This document shows, in pieces, positions 38,095-48,514 of a stretch of 64,000 bases of DNA (the first letter of the stretch is position 1; each line of letters starts with the position of its first letter). The stretch spans positions 15,314,001-15,378,000 of the forward strand of contig OZ024761.1 of NCBI GenBank assembly GCA_964016885.1. Direction: 5' to 3'. The position numbers were made by a program, and so were the translations under genes. The DNA comes from Eledone cirrhosa (lineage: Eukaryota). The notes beneath the pieces were generated by a model. It was given only the letters and a program-made list of their open reading frames with translations, was not told where the DNA came from and made no database searches.

Positions 38095-40633
38095 GGATAG
38101 ATATATATATACAAGGTTAAACTGAAAATTTCATAGGCTGACTATGAAGGAGTGTGAAATCTTGCAAGCATTAATTTCTTTCCAGGGACTATGTTCAAAA
38201 ATAAACCTCATCTGGTCATTTCATGAGAGTATCTTGGTCAACATATGAACTTTTCAGCCAACCCTCATACATGATGATATGGTGATGGTGATTACTTACC
38301 ACAGAAGGCGCTGGCTCCTCTAGTTGTACAGTTTCTACTGTTAGCTCAGACTTTAGGGCTGGGGTGTCAGACAAGTGTTTCAGGCTTTGTCTCGTAGCTG
38401 TTAAAAATAAAGAAGAAAAAAAATGTTCTCTCATTTTGGTACAAGACCAGGGTTTTTTTTATCAACCCTAGTTATGATGGCTGCAGTCTAATGATAGCCA
38501 CAGTCTAACGGTGGCCACAGTCTAATGATGGCCAGAGTCTAATGGTAGCCACTGTCTAATCGTGGCCACAATCTAATGGTGGCCACTGTCTAACAGTGGC
38601 CACAGTCTAATGATAGCCACAGTCAAACGGTAGCCACAGTCTAATGATAGCCACTGTCTAAGGATGGCCACTGTCTAATGGTGGCTGTAATCTAATGGTG
38701 GCCACAGTCTAATGGTGGCCACAGTCTAATGGTGGCTGCAGTCTAATGATGGCCACAGTCTAATGATAGCCACTGTCTAATGATGGCCACAGTCTAATGG
38801 TGGCCACAGTCTAATGGTGGCCACAGTCTAATGGTGGCCACAGTCTAATGATGGCCACAGTCTAATGATAGCCACTGTCTAAGGATGGCCACTGTCTAAT
38901 GGTGGCTGTAATCTAATGATCGCTGCAGTCTAATGATAGCCACAGTCTAATGGTGGCTGCAATCTAATGGTGGCTGCAGTCTAATGGTGGCCACAGTCTA
39001 ATGGTGGCCACAATCTAATGGTGGCCACAGTCTAATGATGGCCACAGTCTAATGATGGCCACAGTCTAATGGTGGCTACAGTCTAATGGTGGCCACAGTC
39101 TAATGATGGCCACAGTCTAATGATGGCCACAGTCTAATGATGGCCACAGTCTAATGATGGCCACAGTCTAATGGTGACCACAGTCTAATGATGGCCACAG
39201 TCTAATGATGGCCACAGTCTAATGGTGGCCACAGTCTAATGATGGCCACAGTCTAATGATGGCCACAGTCTAATGGTGGCCACAGTCTAATGATGGCCAC
39301 AGTCTAATGGTGGCCACAGTCTAATGATGGCCACAGTCTAATGATGGCCACAGTCTAATGGTGGCCACAGTCTAATGATGGCCGCAGTCTAATGATGGCC
39401 ACAGTCTAATGATGGCCACAGTCTAATGATGGCCACAGTCTAATGATGGCCACAGTCTAATGGTGGCCACAGTCTAATGATGGCCACAGTCTAATGGTGG
39501 CCACAGTCTAATGATGGCCACAGTCTAATGATGGCCACAGTCTAATGATGGCCACAGTCTAATGGTGGCCACAGTCTAATGATGGCCACAGTCTAATGGT
39601 GGCCACAGTCTAATGATGGCCACAGTCTAATGATGGCCACAGTCTAATGATGGCCACAGTCTAATGGTGGCCACAGTCTAATGATGGCCACAGTCTAATG
39701 ATGGCCACAGTCTAATGATGGCTGCAGTCTAATGATGGCCACAGTCTAATGGTGGCCGCAGTCTAATGATGGCCGCAGTCTAATGATGGCCACAGTCTAA
39801 CGGTGGCCACAGTCTAATGATGGCCACAGTCTAATGATGGCCACAGTCTAATGGTGGCCACAGTCTAATGGTGGCCACAGTCTAATGGTGGCCACAGTCT
39901 AATGATGGCCACAGTCTAATGATGGCCACAGTCTAATGGTGGCCACAGTCTAATGGTGGCCACAGTCTAATGATGGCCACAGTCTAATGATGGCTGCAGT
40001 CTAATGGTGGCTACAGTCTAATGATGGCCACAGTCTAATGGTGGCCACAGTCTAATGGTGGCCACAGTCTAATGGTGGCCACAGTCTAAGGGTGGCCACA
40101 GTCTAATGATGGCCACAGTTTAATGATGGCCACAGTTTAATGTTGGCCGCAGTCTAATGATGGCCACAGTCTAATGATGGCCACAGTCTAATGGTGGCCA
40201 CAGTCTAATGATGGCCACACTCTAATGATGGCTGCAGTCTAATGGTGGCTACAGTCTAATGGTGGCTGCAGTCTAATGATGGCCACAGTTTAATGATGGC
40301 CGCAGTCTAATGGTGGCCACAGTCTAATGATAGCTACAGTCTAATGGTGGCCGCAGTCTAATGATGGCTACAGTCTAATGGTGGCTGCAGTCTAATGATG
40401 CCAGTAGAGGATCACCAGATGAAAACAACAACATACGCCATTCCAAAAATAAATTAAGACTTTAATGTCATACCTAAATCCCCAGCGGCTTGCTGAGAAA
40501 GGGAAGCACCGTCCATTAAAGAGGACCGTTTTTTTACAGAGGGTTGTTTAGCCTCACGCATTGGCAATTCAGCCGCCTTTTGTGGTTTGGTGGGCTTGAG
40601 TTTCCCTGGACTTTTCTTTGATTTAGCTGACAT
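1495..40633 (-). CDS. DNAH2: Axonemal dynein heavy chain 2-like gene, N-terminal tail region, 24 coding exons (~1368 codons); 3' part lies outside the window
   Basis: Manually spliced exons join in frame with no stops, with GT-AG ends except one AT-AG intron. Peptides such as [52 protein letters not shown] and IARDWEMNW are collinear with vertebrate DNAH2 as recalled; no database search was run. Confidence 0.93.
1812..1872 (+). ncRNA. Minimal type-I hammerhead ribozyme motif
   Basis: TATTTTAT-CTGATGA-stem II-GAAA-TATATA-TA-ATAGAATA. Confidence 0.75.
1926..2260 (+). mobile_element. SINE family A (tRNA head, CORE-like middle, RTE tail)
   Basis: A box TGGCTTAGTGG, B box GAGTTCAATTC, CCTTGAGCAAGACACTT core; many near-identical copies. 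Confidence 0.9.
2327..2575 (-). CDS. DNAH2: Coding exon 23 (EQFKSSL...LLEK)
   Basis: AG/GTTTGT ends, KGPFSS motif. Confidence 0.93.
3925..4260 (-). mobile_element. SINE family A
   Basis: Reverse complement of 1926-2260. Confidence 0.9.
4471..4537 (+). ncRNA. Minimal type-I hammerhead ribozyme motif
   Basis: TATTTTAT-CTGATGA-GGAcGTACTG..CAGTACcTCT-GAAA-TATGTA-TA-ATAAAATA. Confidence 0.75.
5423..5674. mobile_element. piggyBac-type MITE
   Basis: TTAA|CCCTTTAGC...GCTAAAGGG|TTAA; relatives at ~18412-18632 and ~28141-29156. Confidence 0.8.
5790..6135. repeat. (GAT/GGT)n compound microsatellite
   Basis: Direct reading. Confidence 0.95.
6172..6261 (-). CDS. DNAH2: Coding exon 22 (SNTMLLEL...RRSK)
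   Basis: AG/GTATTA ends, 90 nt in frame. Confidence 0.87.
6790..6946 (-). CDS. DNAH2: Coding exon 21 ([11 protein letters not shown]...ISEE)
   Basis: AG/GTGAGA ends, [11 protein letters not shown] motif. Confidence 0.92.
6941..7280. repeat. ~40-bp tandem repeat derived from a 3' splice site
   Basis: About nine CATACCCT(A/G)GAAA units. Confidence 0.9.
7463..7663 (-). CDS. DNAH2: Coding exon 20 (YTEKANNIQ...VNSE)
   Basis: AG/GTACGG ends, HCQEWQNK motif. Confidence 0.92.
7686..8345. repeat. 68-bp minisatellite
   Basis: GACAGTTAGTTTTTAAGACATGTTGTCAT... units. Confidence 0.9.
8561..8887. repeat. Inverted repeat, ~140-bp arms around (TA)n
   Basis: 8561-8700 versus 8745-8887. Confidence 0.9.
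9775..10015 (-). mobile_element. Non-LTR retrotransposon C-terminal remnant (Vingi/Ingi-like), frameshifted
   Basis: LPPG..W..LN.LRSG.GR...WG followed by [19 protein letters not shown]-type finger in another frame. Confidence 0.6.
10226..10437 (-). CDS. DNAH2: Coding exon 19 (AISDEIAS...FDGDIA)
   Basis: AG/GT ends, WEIDKESFI motif. Confidence 0.93.
11117..13711 (+). mobile_element. 5'-truncated RTE-clade LINE, open ~730-aa frame with RT and a PHD-like finger, 3' UTR and (GAT)n tail
   Basis: [31 protein letters not shown]4HC3 finger, RWYGHV, GRPRKTW; stop at 13316; no endonuclease domain. Confidence 0.95.
13811..14043 (+). mobile_element. SINE family A, partial
   Basis: Similarity to 1926-2260. 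Confidence 0.85.
14156..14284 (-). CDS. DNAH2: Coding exon 18 ([10 protein letters not shown]...VTKL)
   Basis: AG/GTAAGC ends, FSP motif. Confidence 0.87.
16185..16355 (-). CDS. DNAH2: Coding exon 17 (VYNHWF...[15 protein letters not shown])
   Basis: AG/GTAAGT ends, conserved motif. Confidence 0.93.
17031..17135 (-). CDS. DNAH2: Coding exon 16 (EYHQMK...FRQDGAD)
   Basis: AG/GTAAGT ends, in frame. Confidence 0.88.
17279..17760 (+). mobile_element. ~480-bp interspersed retroposon-like repeat with (AGATT)n tail
   Basis: Second copy at 22220-22715, partial copy at 49612-49750. Confidence 0.7.
18643..18934 (-). CDS. DNAH2: Coding exon 15 ([13 protein letters not shown]...GIQQ)
   Basis: AG/GTAAGG ends, PGLTKLTW motif. 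Confidence 0.94.
19072..19218 (-). CDS. DNAH2: Coding exon 14 ([13 protein letters not shown]...VVRDYN)
   Basis: AG/GTGAGA ends, conserved motif. Confidence 0.92.
19302..19550. repeat. 20-bp minisatellite
   Basis: (CCACTGGTAGTACAGTGGGG) about 12 copies. Confidence 0.95.
20171..20253 (-). CDS. DNAH2: Coding exon 13 ([11 protein letters not shown]...INFD)
   Basis: AG/GTAAGT ends, NFD motif. Confidence 0.88.
20290..20610. repeat. ~62-bp minisatellite
   Basis: GACATAACCCTTTT.ATTCAAAGC units. Confidence 0.85.
20730..21020 (+). mobile_element. SINE family A, 5'-truncated
   Basis: Similarity to 1926-2260. Confidence 0.85.
21185..21316 (-). CDS. DNAH2: Coding exon 12 (VIDKAYFL...SLDK)
   Basis: AG/GTATGT ends, in frame. 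Confidence 0.9.
21934..22116 (-). CDS. DNAH2: Coding exon 11 (NIRRTIDKK...IDGIMK)
   Basis: AG/GTAAGT ends, PKYSGAACW motif. Confidence 0.92.
23116..23245 (-). CDS. DNAH2: Coding exon 10 ([11 protein letters not shown]...CNRE)
   Basis: AAG acceptor, GTAACA donor, phase fits. Confidence 0.9.
23470..24160. repeat. Degenerate 10-bp repeat
   Basis: AGACCAAGTA / AGACCAAGGA variants. Confidence 0.85.
24160..24305 (+). mobile_element. RTE LINE extreme 3' fragment
   Basis: [17 protein letters not shown] matches the 28.2 kb and 41.7 kb copies. Confidence 0.75.
24436..26615. repeat. 39-bp minisatellite, about 55 copies
   Basis: AAAAGAATGTGGTACCCCAGCATGGCCAGTAAAAGACAT. Confidence 0.97.
26637..26842 (-). 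CDS. DNAH2: Coding exon 9 ([10 protein letters not shown]...WHDDFN)
   Basis: AG/GTAAGT ends, FGGQQGP motif. Confidence 0.92.
27204..27400 (+). mobile_element. SINE family B (tRNA-derived, Meta-domain-like core)
   Basis: GAGTTCAAATCC B box plus TTTCATCCTTA.GGGGTCGATAA core; further copies near 29190, 46625, 47160(-), 55550(-), 55830, 56010, 59735(-). Confidence 0.8.
27411..27518 (-). CDS. DNAH2: Coding exon 8 (TSSLHNRF...[16 protein letters not shown])
   Basis: AG/GTGAGT ends, conserved motif. Confidence 0.92.
27600..27850. repeat. ~31-bp minisatellite
   Basis: TGATGGCTATCAACAGATGTGGATGAATGAG units. Confidence 0.85.
27927..28064 (-). CDS. DNAH2: Coding exon 7 ([10 protein letters not shown]...KYET)
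   Basis: AG/GTCAGT ends, 138 nt in frame. Confidence 0.9.
28170..28624 (-). mobile_element. RTE LINE 3' fragment
   Basis: MLHGSETW...GRPRKTW, (GAT)n tail. Confidence 0.88.
28625..28960 (-). mobile_element. SINE family A
   Basis: Full-length copy. Confidence 0.9.
30327..30518 (-). CDS. DNAH2: Coding exon 6 ([13 protein letters not shown]...LLKK)
   Basis: AG/GT ends, 192 nt, IRIIWMNS motif. Confidence 0.92.
31555..31648. ncRNA. Mirror pair of truncated hammerhead motifs in a palindrome
   Basis: Minus copy CTGATGA..CGAAA-TATGTA-TA; plus copy has CAAAA; both lack the 5' strand of stem I. Confidence 0.6.
32182..32250 (+). ncRNA. Degenerate hammerhead motif
   Basis: CTGAAGA-stem II-GAAA-TATGTA-TA; weak stem I. 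Confidence 0.4.
32735..33410 (+). mobile_element. SINE family B with 3' half tandemly repeated four times (160-bp period)
   Basis: Units start near 32811, 32971, 33131, 33291. Confidence 0.85.
33508..33746 (-). CDS. DNAH2: Coding exon 5 (TAMIHWARQ...SQIK)
   Basis: DHC N-terminal motif GPLDEIEFW; AG/GT ends. Confidence 0.95.
34103..34267 (-). CDS. DNAH2: Coding exon 4 ([15 protein letters not shown]...LVQRLE)
   Basis: Not in the ORF track; U12 branch point plus AG, GTAAGT donor. Confidence 0.92.
34285..35012. repeat. Degenerate ~120-bp minisatellite in the U12 intron
   Basis: Recurrent CTATCATTAAAAC and GGTGTGAGCTGTAACAAC blocks. Confidence 0.8.
35033..35380 (+). mobile_element. SINE family A inside the U12 intron
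   Basis: Full-length copy. Confidence 0.9.
35452..35806 (-). CDS. DNAH2: Coding exon 3 (LEMIKSR...ENTTWPD), ends at U12 donor
   Basis: Acceptor AG at 35807-8; donor ATATCCTTT; [19 protein letters not shown] motif. Confidence 0.9.
36515..36588 (+). ncRNA. Type-I hammerhead motif with long stem II
   Basis: GCTGT-CTGATGA-..ACGACACT..AGTGTCGT..-GAAA-TATATA-TC-ACAGC. Confidence 0.65.
36742..37013 (-). mobile_element. SINE family A, internal deletion
   Basis: Similarity to 1926-2260. Confidence 0.85.
37585..37650 (+). ncRNA. Hammerhead motif, probably inactive (GAAA>TAAA)
   Basis: Same repeat family as 4380-4580. Confidence 0.55.
38300..38397 (-). CDS. DNAH2: Coding exon 2 (ATRQSLKH...PAPSV)
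   Basis: AG and GTAAGT ends, phase 1 to 0 bridges its neighbours; poorly conserved N-terminus. Confidence 0.7.
38475..40400. repeat. 17-bp minisatellite, more than 100 copies
   Basis: GGCCACAGTCTAATGRT. Confidence 0.97.
40474..40633 (-). CDS. DNAH2: Coding exon 1 (ATG; [14 protein letters not shown]...AAGDL), exon begins at 40644
   Basis: ttttttgcag acceptor, ATG 11 nt into the exon, GTATGA donor; phase 1 fits the next exon. Confidence 0.75.
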
Positions 40634-40671
40634 GATTCAAATCTCTGCAAAAAAATATATAAATATACATA

Positions 40672-41515
<844 letters not shown>

Positions 41516-41633
41516 CAGGTAATCAAAGTGTGTGCACATTTTTTTTTGACATCTTATATATATATATATATATAAATTATTCAGATTAAAGTTTAAGCAA
41601 AGAACTGTTGCTTTCACCCTAAGTGGGATATTC

Positions 41634-41686
<53 letters not shown>

Positions 41687-41689
41687 TCA

Positions 41690-42470
41690 CCACCATCATC
41701 ATTTTACATCTGTTTCGCAAGGGTGAGATGGGTCCTATTCAGCACAGCTTCTCTCCATTTGTCATGGTCCTTCGTCATCTCCTCTGTGAGCTTCAGTGAT
41801 CTGAGGTCTGCTCTCACCACCTCCGCCCATGTTTTTCGTGGTCTTCCTCTACTGCATCTTCCTTCTACTGGGATTTCTTGGCACTTCTTTACCCAGCGGT
41901 CATCCTCCATGCACATCGCATATCCATACCATTGCAGTCTTCTCTCCTGCACATTACAACTTATCCCTCTTATACACAGTTTCTCTCTCAACTCATCTAT
42001 GCTTGGTCGGTCACACACATTGACATTGCCCATCCAACAGAGCATGCTTGCTTCATTTCCCTCCAGCTGTCGCATATCCTCCGCAATTACTGCCCATGTC
42101 TCACTACCATGCAGCATTACACATCTCATGTAGGCATCATATAACCGGCCTTTCGTTCGCAGGGAGATAACCTTCTTTGTCAACAGAGGAAGCAGCTCCC
42201 TAAAATTCTTCCAACCTGTCCTTATTCTAAATAATATGGCCTCGGAACACCCCTCTGCCATGCTAATCTGATCACCTAGGTACCAGAAACTATCAACCAA
42301 TTCTCTAGATCCTACCTGCATTTGAAAAATGTGTCTATCACTGCGACTTCTACTGTCAAATGTCCTTGTACATCTACTGCATATGTAGTTTTCCCTACCT
42401 GTTCGTTTTCCTGCTATCCCACTACATCTTTTGTGTACCCAAGATCTAAATTGTGTACTTTTTATAGAAT
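41690..42470 (-). mobile_element. RTE LINE 3' fragment, degenerate
   Basis: YLGD, LHGSETW, GRPRKTW motifs. Confidence 0.88.
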
Positions 42471-42621
42471 TTATGCCAGCTATATAAATCCAGGGAGGTC
42501 CGACGAGCCATTGGTTACAGAGTCGGGCTAGATCAACACAGATCGAACCTTGAGCTGATCAATAGCGAAATGCACGTCACCAACCAATAAACGTAATGAA
42601 GGAGTGACCATTCATCCTTGT

Positions 42622-42746
<125 letters not shown>

Positions 42747-42977
42747 CAGTGAAACCTTGATTCACAAACTTAATTTGCTCCTAAAGGCCGTTCATCATCT
42801 GAAATGTTCGTAAGCCGAAACTATTTTTCCCATATGAGAGAGAAATACAGTAAGAGAGAGAGAGATTGTGTGTGAAAGACAGATAGATATCACCATAGTA
42901 ACTAACTACACAGCAAGTAACACTTTCTTGTTGTTACTCCCATTAATTGATAGTCTTCATTAATTGATACATTTTCA

Positions 42978-43308
42978 CATTTCATTTTACGTCCGCTTTT
43001 TCCCTGCTTGCAAGGGTGGGACAAGAACTGATTCTGGCTTGATTTCTACAGCTGGATGCCCTTCCTAACACCAACCTCATTTACAGTGAGTGCTGGCTGC
43101 TTTTTTGCCGTGACACCTCCACGACCACTTTGCAGTGGAATGATAGGGACCCCAGTCCCTATCATCTCATTTCTACAGCTGAGTAAACTGGAGCAATGTG
43201 AAATAAAGTGTCTTGCTCAAGGAAACAACACATCACCCGGTCTGAGAATTGAACTCACAACCTTTCGATTGCAAGGCCAATGCTCTAACCACTAAGCCAT
43301 GTGCCTCC
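42978..43308 (-). mobile_element. SINE family A
   Basis: Full-length copy. Confidence 0.9.
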
Positions 43309-43583
43309 ATGCTCTTCATTAATGTCTAATTCTATTTTAGGTGAAGCATTCATTTTGCTTTTGCTAATGGCTAGAATATATGTGGTTACTCATAGATTTT
43401 TCTGCTAACTGGAACAGTTGTAGCACCCCATTGTCAAATTAATAGTTGATGTGAAGTCACAAGTGTTCACAATGCCCAGGTCATCTAATTAAACTGATTA
43501 TCGTCACATGAGCTACTGCTTACAATGAGACGAAGGATTTTTATTGAGGCTTACTCCTCTAGATCGAAGCTGTTCTGCTAGAC

Positions 43584-44051
43584 CACAGGTTCTCAACCCA
43601 TTTAGGCCAAACGCCCCCTTTTGTCCCTCGAAATCACGAAACGCCCCCCGCCACCCTATTTTTTCACTTTTTCAATATACTACTGATTTTTATATCAGTA
43701 GATTACTAAAAAATTGATTAACAATATTCCAAACATGTGTGTATTATCTGATTACGTGCTGTATGTTGTCCTAGATGTGTGTATTATCTGATTATGTGTT
43801 GTATGTGGTCCTAGATGTGTGTTCTACTCGCTTCTGTTTTTTTCTTTTCTTTTTTTTATTTGTAATATTATTTATACAATAGGGAATAAAATAGATCTAC
43901 ATAGTGTTAACTCGTTACGGTTGAGTCAATAATTTCAGACATGAAATACATTGTTATCGGTGAAGGAAAGACCAGATTCTAACTGGCTGCGCTCAAAGTG
44001 TCATTGACCCAGTTGACCGGGGGTGCATATGCCCCCCGTTGAGAACCTTTG
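43584..44051. mobile_element. Non-autonomous hAT element
   Basis: TIRs CACAGGTTCTCAAC / GTTGAGAACCTTTG; exact 8-bp TSD TGCTAGAC. Confidence 0.88.
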
Positions 44052-45177
44052 TGCTAGACTATCCTACGATAGCCATATTAGAGGCACCTCATATAGGATG
44101 TGGCTTTTCACCACGCATGTCAGTCTTTGAACTGAGAGAGGCTAGGTGCTCAGCTTCAATGAGCATATATTGTGTGTCATCAGTTGCTGAGTGGCATGTT
44201 GAACACCCCACCCCACACACTCTACTCCATCCTCCCATTTCCGTCCACTGTAAAGTGGTCGTGTAGGTGACATGACAAAAAGCACCCAGTTCACACTGTA
44301 AAGTGGTCGTGTAGGTGACATGACAAAAAGCACCCAGTTCACACTATAAAGTGGTCGTGTAAGAGACACGGTAAAAAGGCTCCCAGTCCACACTGTAAAG
44401 TGGTCGTGTAGGAGACATGGTAAAAAAGCACCCAGTTCACACTGTAAAGTGGTCGTGTAGGTGACACGGTAAAAAGGCTCCCAGTCCACACTGTAAATGT
44501 GGTGTTAGGAAGGGCATCTGGCCATAGAAAACCTGCCAAGGACAGTTCTATATGAGCAAGACACGGTCTTCCAACCAATCTCACCTCAAGCTGGACAAAA
44601 CCGTCCAACCCATGCTAGCGTGGAACATGGACATTAAACGATGATGATGATAAATATATTATCCTCATCACCATTTTGAGCCTACTTTTTTATGCTTGCA
44701 TCGGTTGGCTGTTTTTTCCAGCTCAGCATCCCTCCACTCGGCTCAGTCCTTTGTCATAAATAGTTTGGAGCAGTGTTTTTCTAGCTGGATGCCACTTTAC
44801 AGCATATTCTTGTTGTTGTTGTCATTGAATAATCTAATGCCTTGAGGCAGTGGTGAGGCATCCACAAAAATTCAAACCCTAGAATCCTTGGTCGACCATT
44901 GCAGTATGCATAAGATCTGTTCCTTTGAAGCCTGTGTCTGTTTCAATGATTGATTTGAAGGTGGCATATGGCCAGCCAGGATTTCTACACCTGGATGCCC
45001 CTCCTAATGCCAACCACATTTACAGTGTGTGCTGGGTGCCTTTTGTCGTGACACCTACACGACCACTTTACAGTGTAGGCTGGGTACATTTTCTTTATAT
45101 ATATATGTATGTGTGTAGGTGTGTGTACGTGTGTGTGTATGTGTGTGTGTGTGATATTTGTTTAATTTATGGTTGTT

Positions 45178-45219
<42 letters not shown>

Positions 45220-46053
45220 TTGTGTATATGTGTGTGTGTGTGTGAGTGTAGTGTATGTGTGTATGTGTCAGTGTGTGTGTGTGTGTGTGTGTGTTTTGAA
45301 CAAACCTCACCTTCAAAACCATCAGAAATTATTCGTTTTTTTTTTATTATTAATAGTATACTCCTTTACATGTTCCAGCCATCTGGCTGAGGCCATGCTG
45401 GGGCCATATAAGAAACCTTTGGAAATTACTTGCTTATTTTTAGTGAAGTGGGGTGAAGGTGGTGGTTGTAGTGGTGGGTGGTAGGAGGGCACTCCCTATC
45501 CCCTGGAGTTATTACATGCACACATACACACATACATACACACACGAATACATACATACATACACAAATACATACATGCACACACATACACACACACATA
45601 CATACACACACACTCATACATACACGCACACACACTAATACACACAGATATACAAACACACATACACTAATACACACACATATATACATACACACACACA
45701 AGAAAAAAATAAAATAAATAAGAAAAAAAACAAATGGCATCACCAACGAGAGACGGGTGTAATTGTAAAAAAAAACTACCATTATTTTCCTTTAAATTAA
45801 TCAACGTACTACAGATATAGTAATATATATTTTTAAAAAAAAATTCGGGCGTCTGGCATGAAACATTTCTATTTAGTAGAAAAATTTACATTAGTTTTAT
45901 AAAAAAAAAAAATAAATAAAATAAAAATATTAAAATAAATTAGAATAAAGGTTAATTTCTTTAAATAAATTCCAAATGAAACAAGAAATAACATGTTTTA
46001 AAAAAAAAAATTACCGATATGTTTCGAAGCGAAACAAATATATTCAAACTTAC

Positions 46054-46110
46054 GATATTAATTCACTGAAAACTGATGATATAAAACCATGCTTTATCGC
46101 TCTCCATTAA
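46054..46110 (-). other. Putative non-coding first exon of DNAH2 (5' limit uncertain)
   Basis: GTAAGT donor at 46048-46053 just downstream of the X-boxes; the ATG exon has an acceptor, so an upstream exon is required. Confidence 0.5.
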
Positions 46111-46123
46111 AATAATAAGTGAA

Positions 46124-46162
46124 GTTTCTATGGTTACTAAGTTATAGTGTTGCTAGAGTAGC
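46124..46162. promoter_or_regulatory. Two RFX X-box motifs (GTTTCTATGGTTAC; GTTGCTAGAGTAGC)
   Basis: Match the 14-bp X-box palindrome typical of ciliary-gene promoters; lie in non-repetitive sequence upstream of the gene. Confidence 0.7.
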
Positions 46163-46279
46163 CTCCCTTACCTAAAATTGTTTTTGTTTTTGTTTTCTCT
46201 CCAGTTTAGCTAGTGGCGTTTAAAAATAATTCTAGATCGACTTCGTATGTTTCGTTTTAAATGTTTATTCAACAAAATA

Positions 46280-46460
46280 GTGTGTAGCAGTGGAGACATC
46301 TGGTGTCCTTGGCCTTATGACCACCTCCCTACTCACCACCATCGGTACAAAGCTGGGTACCCGTAGGTGTGAGCATCGCAAGCTGGACTGGCTCTTCCAG
46401 CACGTCACCCACACCATCCTACCGGGAATCGTCTTCTCTATACAGTTGCATCCCTTTACT
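46280..46460 (+). mobile_element. Degenerate CRE-like retrotransposon endonuclease C-terminus
   Basis: AVETSGVLG...WLFQHV..TIL.G resembles the CRE-clade AVET.G..G...LFQRLS..IQRGN pattern. Confidence 0.45.
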
Positions 46461-47706
46461 TTAGCGTGTCTACTATAACTACAGATTTTATATTTGCTGC
46501 TGCCGCTGTTTTGGCACTACCATGCTATTAGATGGCAGAAGTGAAAGTTTCGTCAACCTTCTCAATCGTAAACATCGTTTATTTCCGTATTACCACGCGT
46601 TATATTAATAAAGAGGGCGGTGAATTGGCAGTATCGGTAGAGGGTCGGACGCCATGCTTTCCAGCATAGTTACGTCCCTTTACGATCTGAGTTCAAATCC
46701 CGCCGAGGTTGACTTTGCCTTTCATCCTTACGAGGTCGATAAAATAATAAAAGTACCAGTAATGCACTGGATAATTGCTGGCCTTGTGCCTAAAGTAGAA
46801 ACAGTTATTTTAATAAAGCATATCGATGTAAGTGGGGTTACTTAAATGAAAATATGGTTATCAATTTCATGTATAGGGTTGGTGAAAAAAATTTGATAAC
46901 CATATATTTGTTTTCTACTTTGGCCCTTTTAAGGGCCGCCTATATTTTAATTTAAGTTAACTCCACTGTTGGTGAAAATGACTTGTTTTCTACATTGATA
47001 ACCATGACTATGAAAATATAAATGATTAAATCCAATTTATTTGATAACCATGACTTGTTTTCTAATTAACTTAAATTTGTTTTCTAATTTGGCCCTTTTA
47101 AGAGCCACCTATATTTTCATTTAAGTAACTCCACTTACATCGATATGCTTTATTAAAATAACTGTTTCTACTTTTGGCACAAGGCCAGCAATTACCCAGT
47201 GCATTACTGGTACTTTATTTTATCGACCCCGTAAGGATGAAAGGCAAAGTTAACCTCGGCGGGATTTGAACTCAGAGCATACCATAATAATGAAGATTAG
47301 ATTACAAGATTAATTTGGTTAATTTGACATCTTAGCAAAGACAATAGCATGTCTAGCTAGCTAACTGCAAATTTAATTATTCCACTAGAGTTCCATGTAA
47401 TAACACAGAATTCCTGCATGTATTTTCATGGAAAATACATGCAGGAATTAGTTAATATCGCTATTAATCTGTCGCCATTAAGGTATCATCTTCGCCACGT
47501 CTGCCTACATTGTGTCAAAGTTAAGTTTGGAACATGATGCTACTTATCGTCTGCTTCCCTTACAATGTTACAGATGATCAGGTGATGATGTGCTGATGTA
47601 AAATGCCAAGATTTCCTAACAAATATTTCCAATGTGTGGTGTGTGGTGTGTGTGTGTGTGTGTGTGTACACACTCACGCGTGCATATACATATATATATA
47701 TATATA

Positions 47707-47760
47707 TAAGTATGCATGTATACGTACATACATATATGTATACAGACGTACAGTAGCATG

Positions 47761-47802
<42 letters not shown>

Positions 47803-48418
47803 TACATACATATGCATACAGGTACACATACATATATGCACGTATCAGTTTAGCGGCGCTAACGTCGCTTTGTTCGTTTGTAAACAAACTGAACAGCCTG
47901 AATTTATGCCATACGGTGTTAAGGCAACCACGTCACCTTTTTGTTCAACACTGACACAGGAACGATGTACTAGTTTCAAGCTTGTTAGCTATCATCAGCA
48001 CCGTTTACCCATCTGCCAGATAGTTGAACGTTCGAAAGTATATACTTTCCTTATGAAAATTAACGGCTGAGCAGCCTAATTTGCATATTGAGTGAGTTAA
48101 ATTCGGTATGCCTGACCGATTTAACTCACTCAATATGCAAATTAGGCTGCTCAGCCGTTAATTTTCATAAGGAAAGTATATACTTTCGAACGTTCAACTA
48201 TCTGGCAGATGGGTAAACGGTGCTGATGATAGCTAACAAGCTTGAAACTAGTACATCGTTCCTGTGTCAGTGTTGAACAAAAAGGTGACGTGGTTGCCTT
48301 AACACCGTATGGCATAAATTCAGGCTGTTCAGTTTGTTTACAAACGAACAAAGCGACGTTAGCGCCGCTAAACTGATACGTGCATATATGTATGTGTACC
48401 TGTATGCATATGTATGTA

Positions 48419-48460
<42 letters not shown>

Positions 48461-48514
48461 CATGCTACTGTACGTCTGTATACATATATGTATGTACGTA
48501 TACATGCATACTTA
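47707..48514. repeat. ~400-bp-arm near-perfect palindrome
   Basis: Arms 47707-48107 and 48115-48514, 7-nt loop. Confidence 0.95.

Noticed and set aside
38475-40400. CRISPR-like periodicity in tandem arrays
   Set aside because: No unique spacers, no cas genes, eukaryotic context
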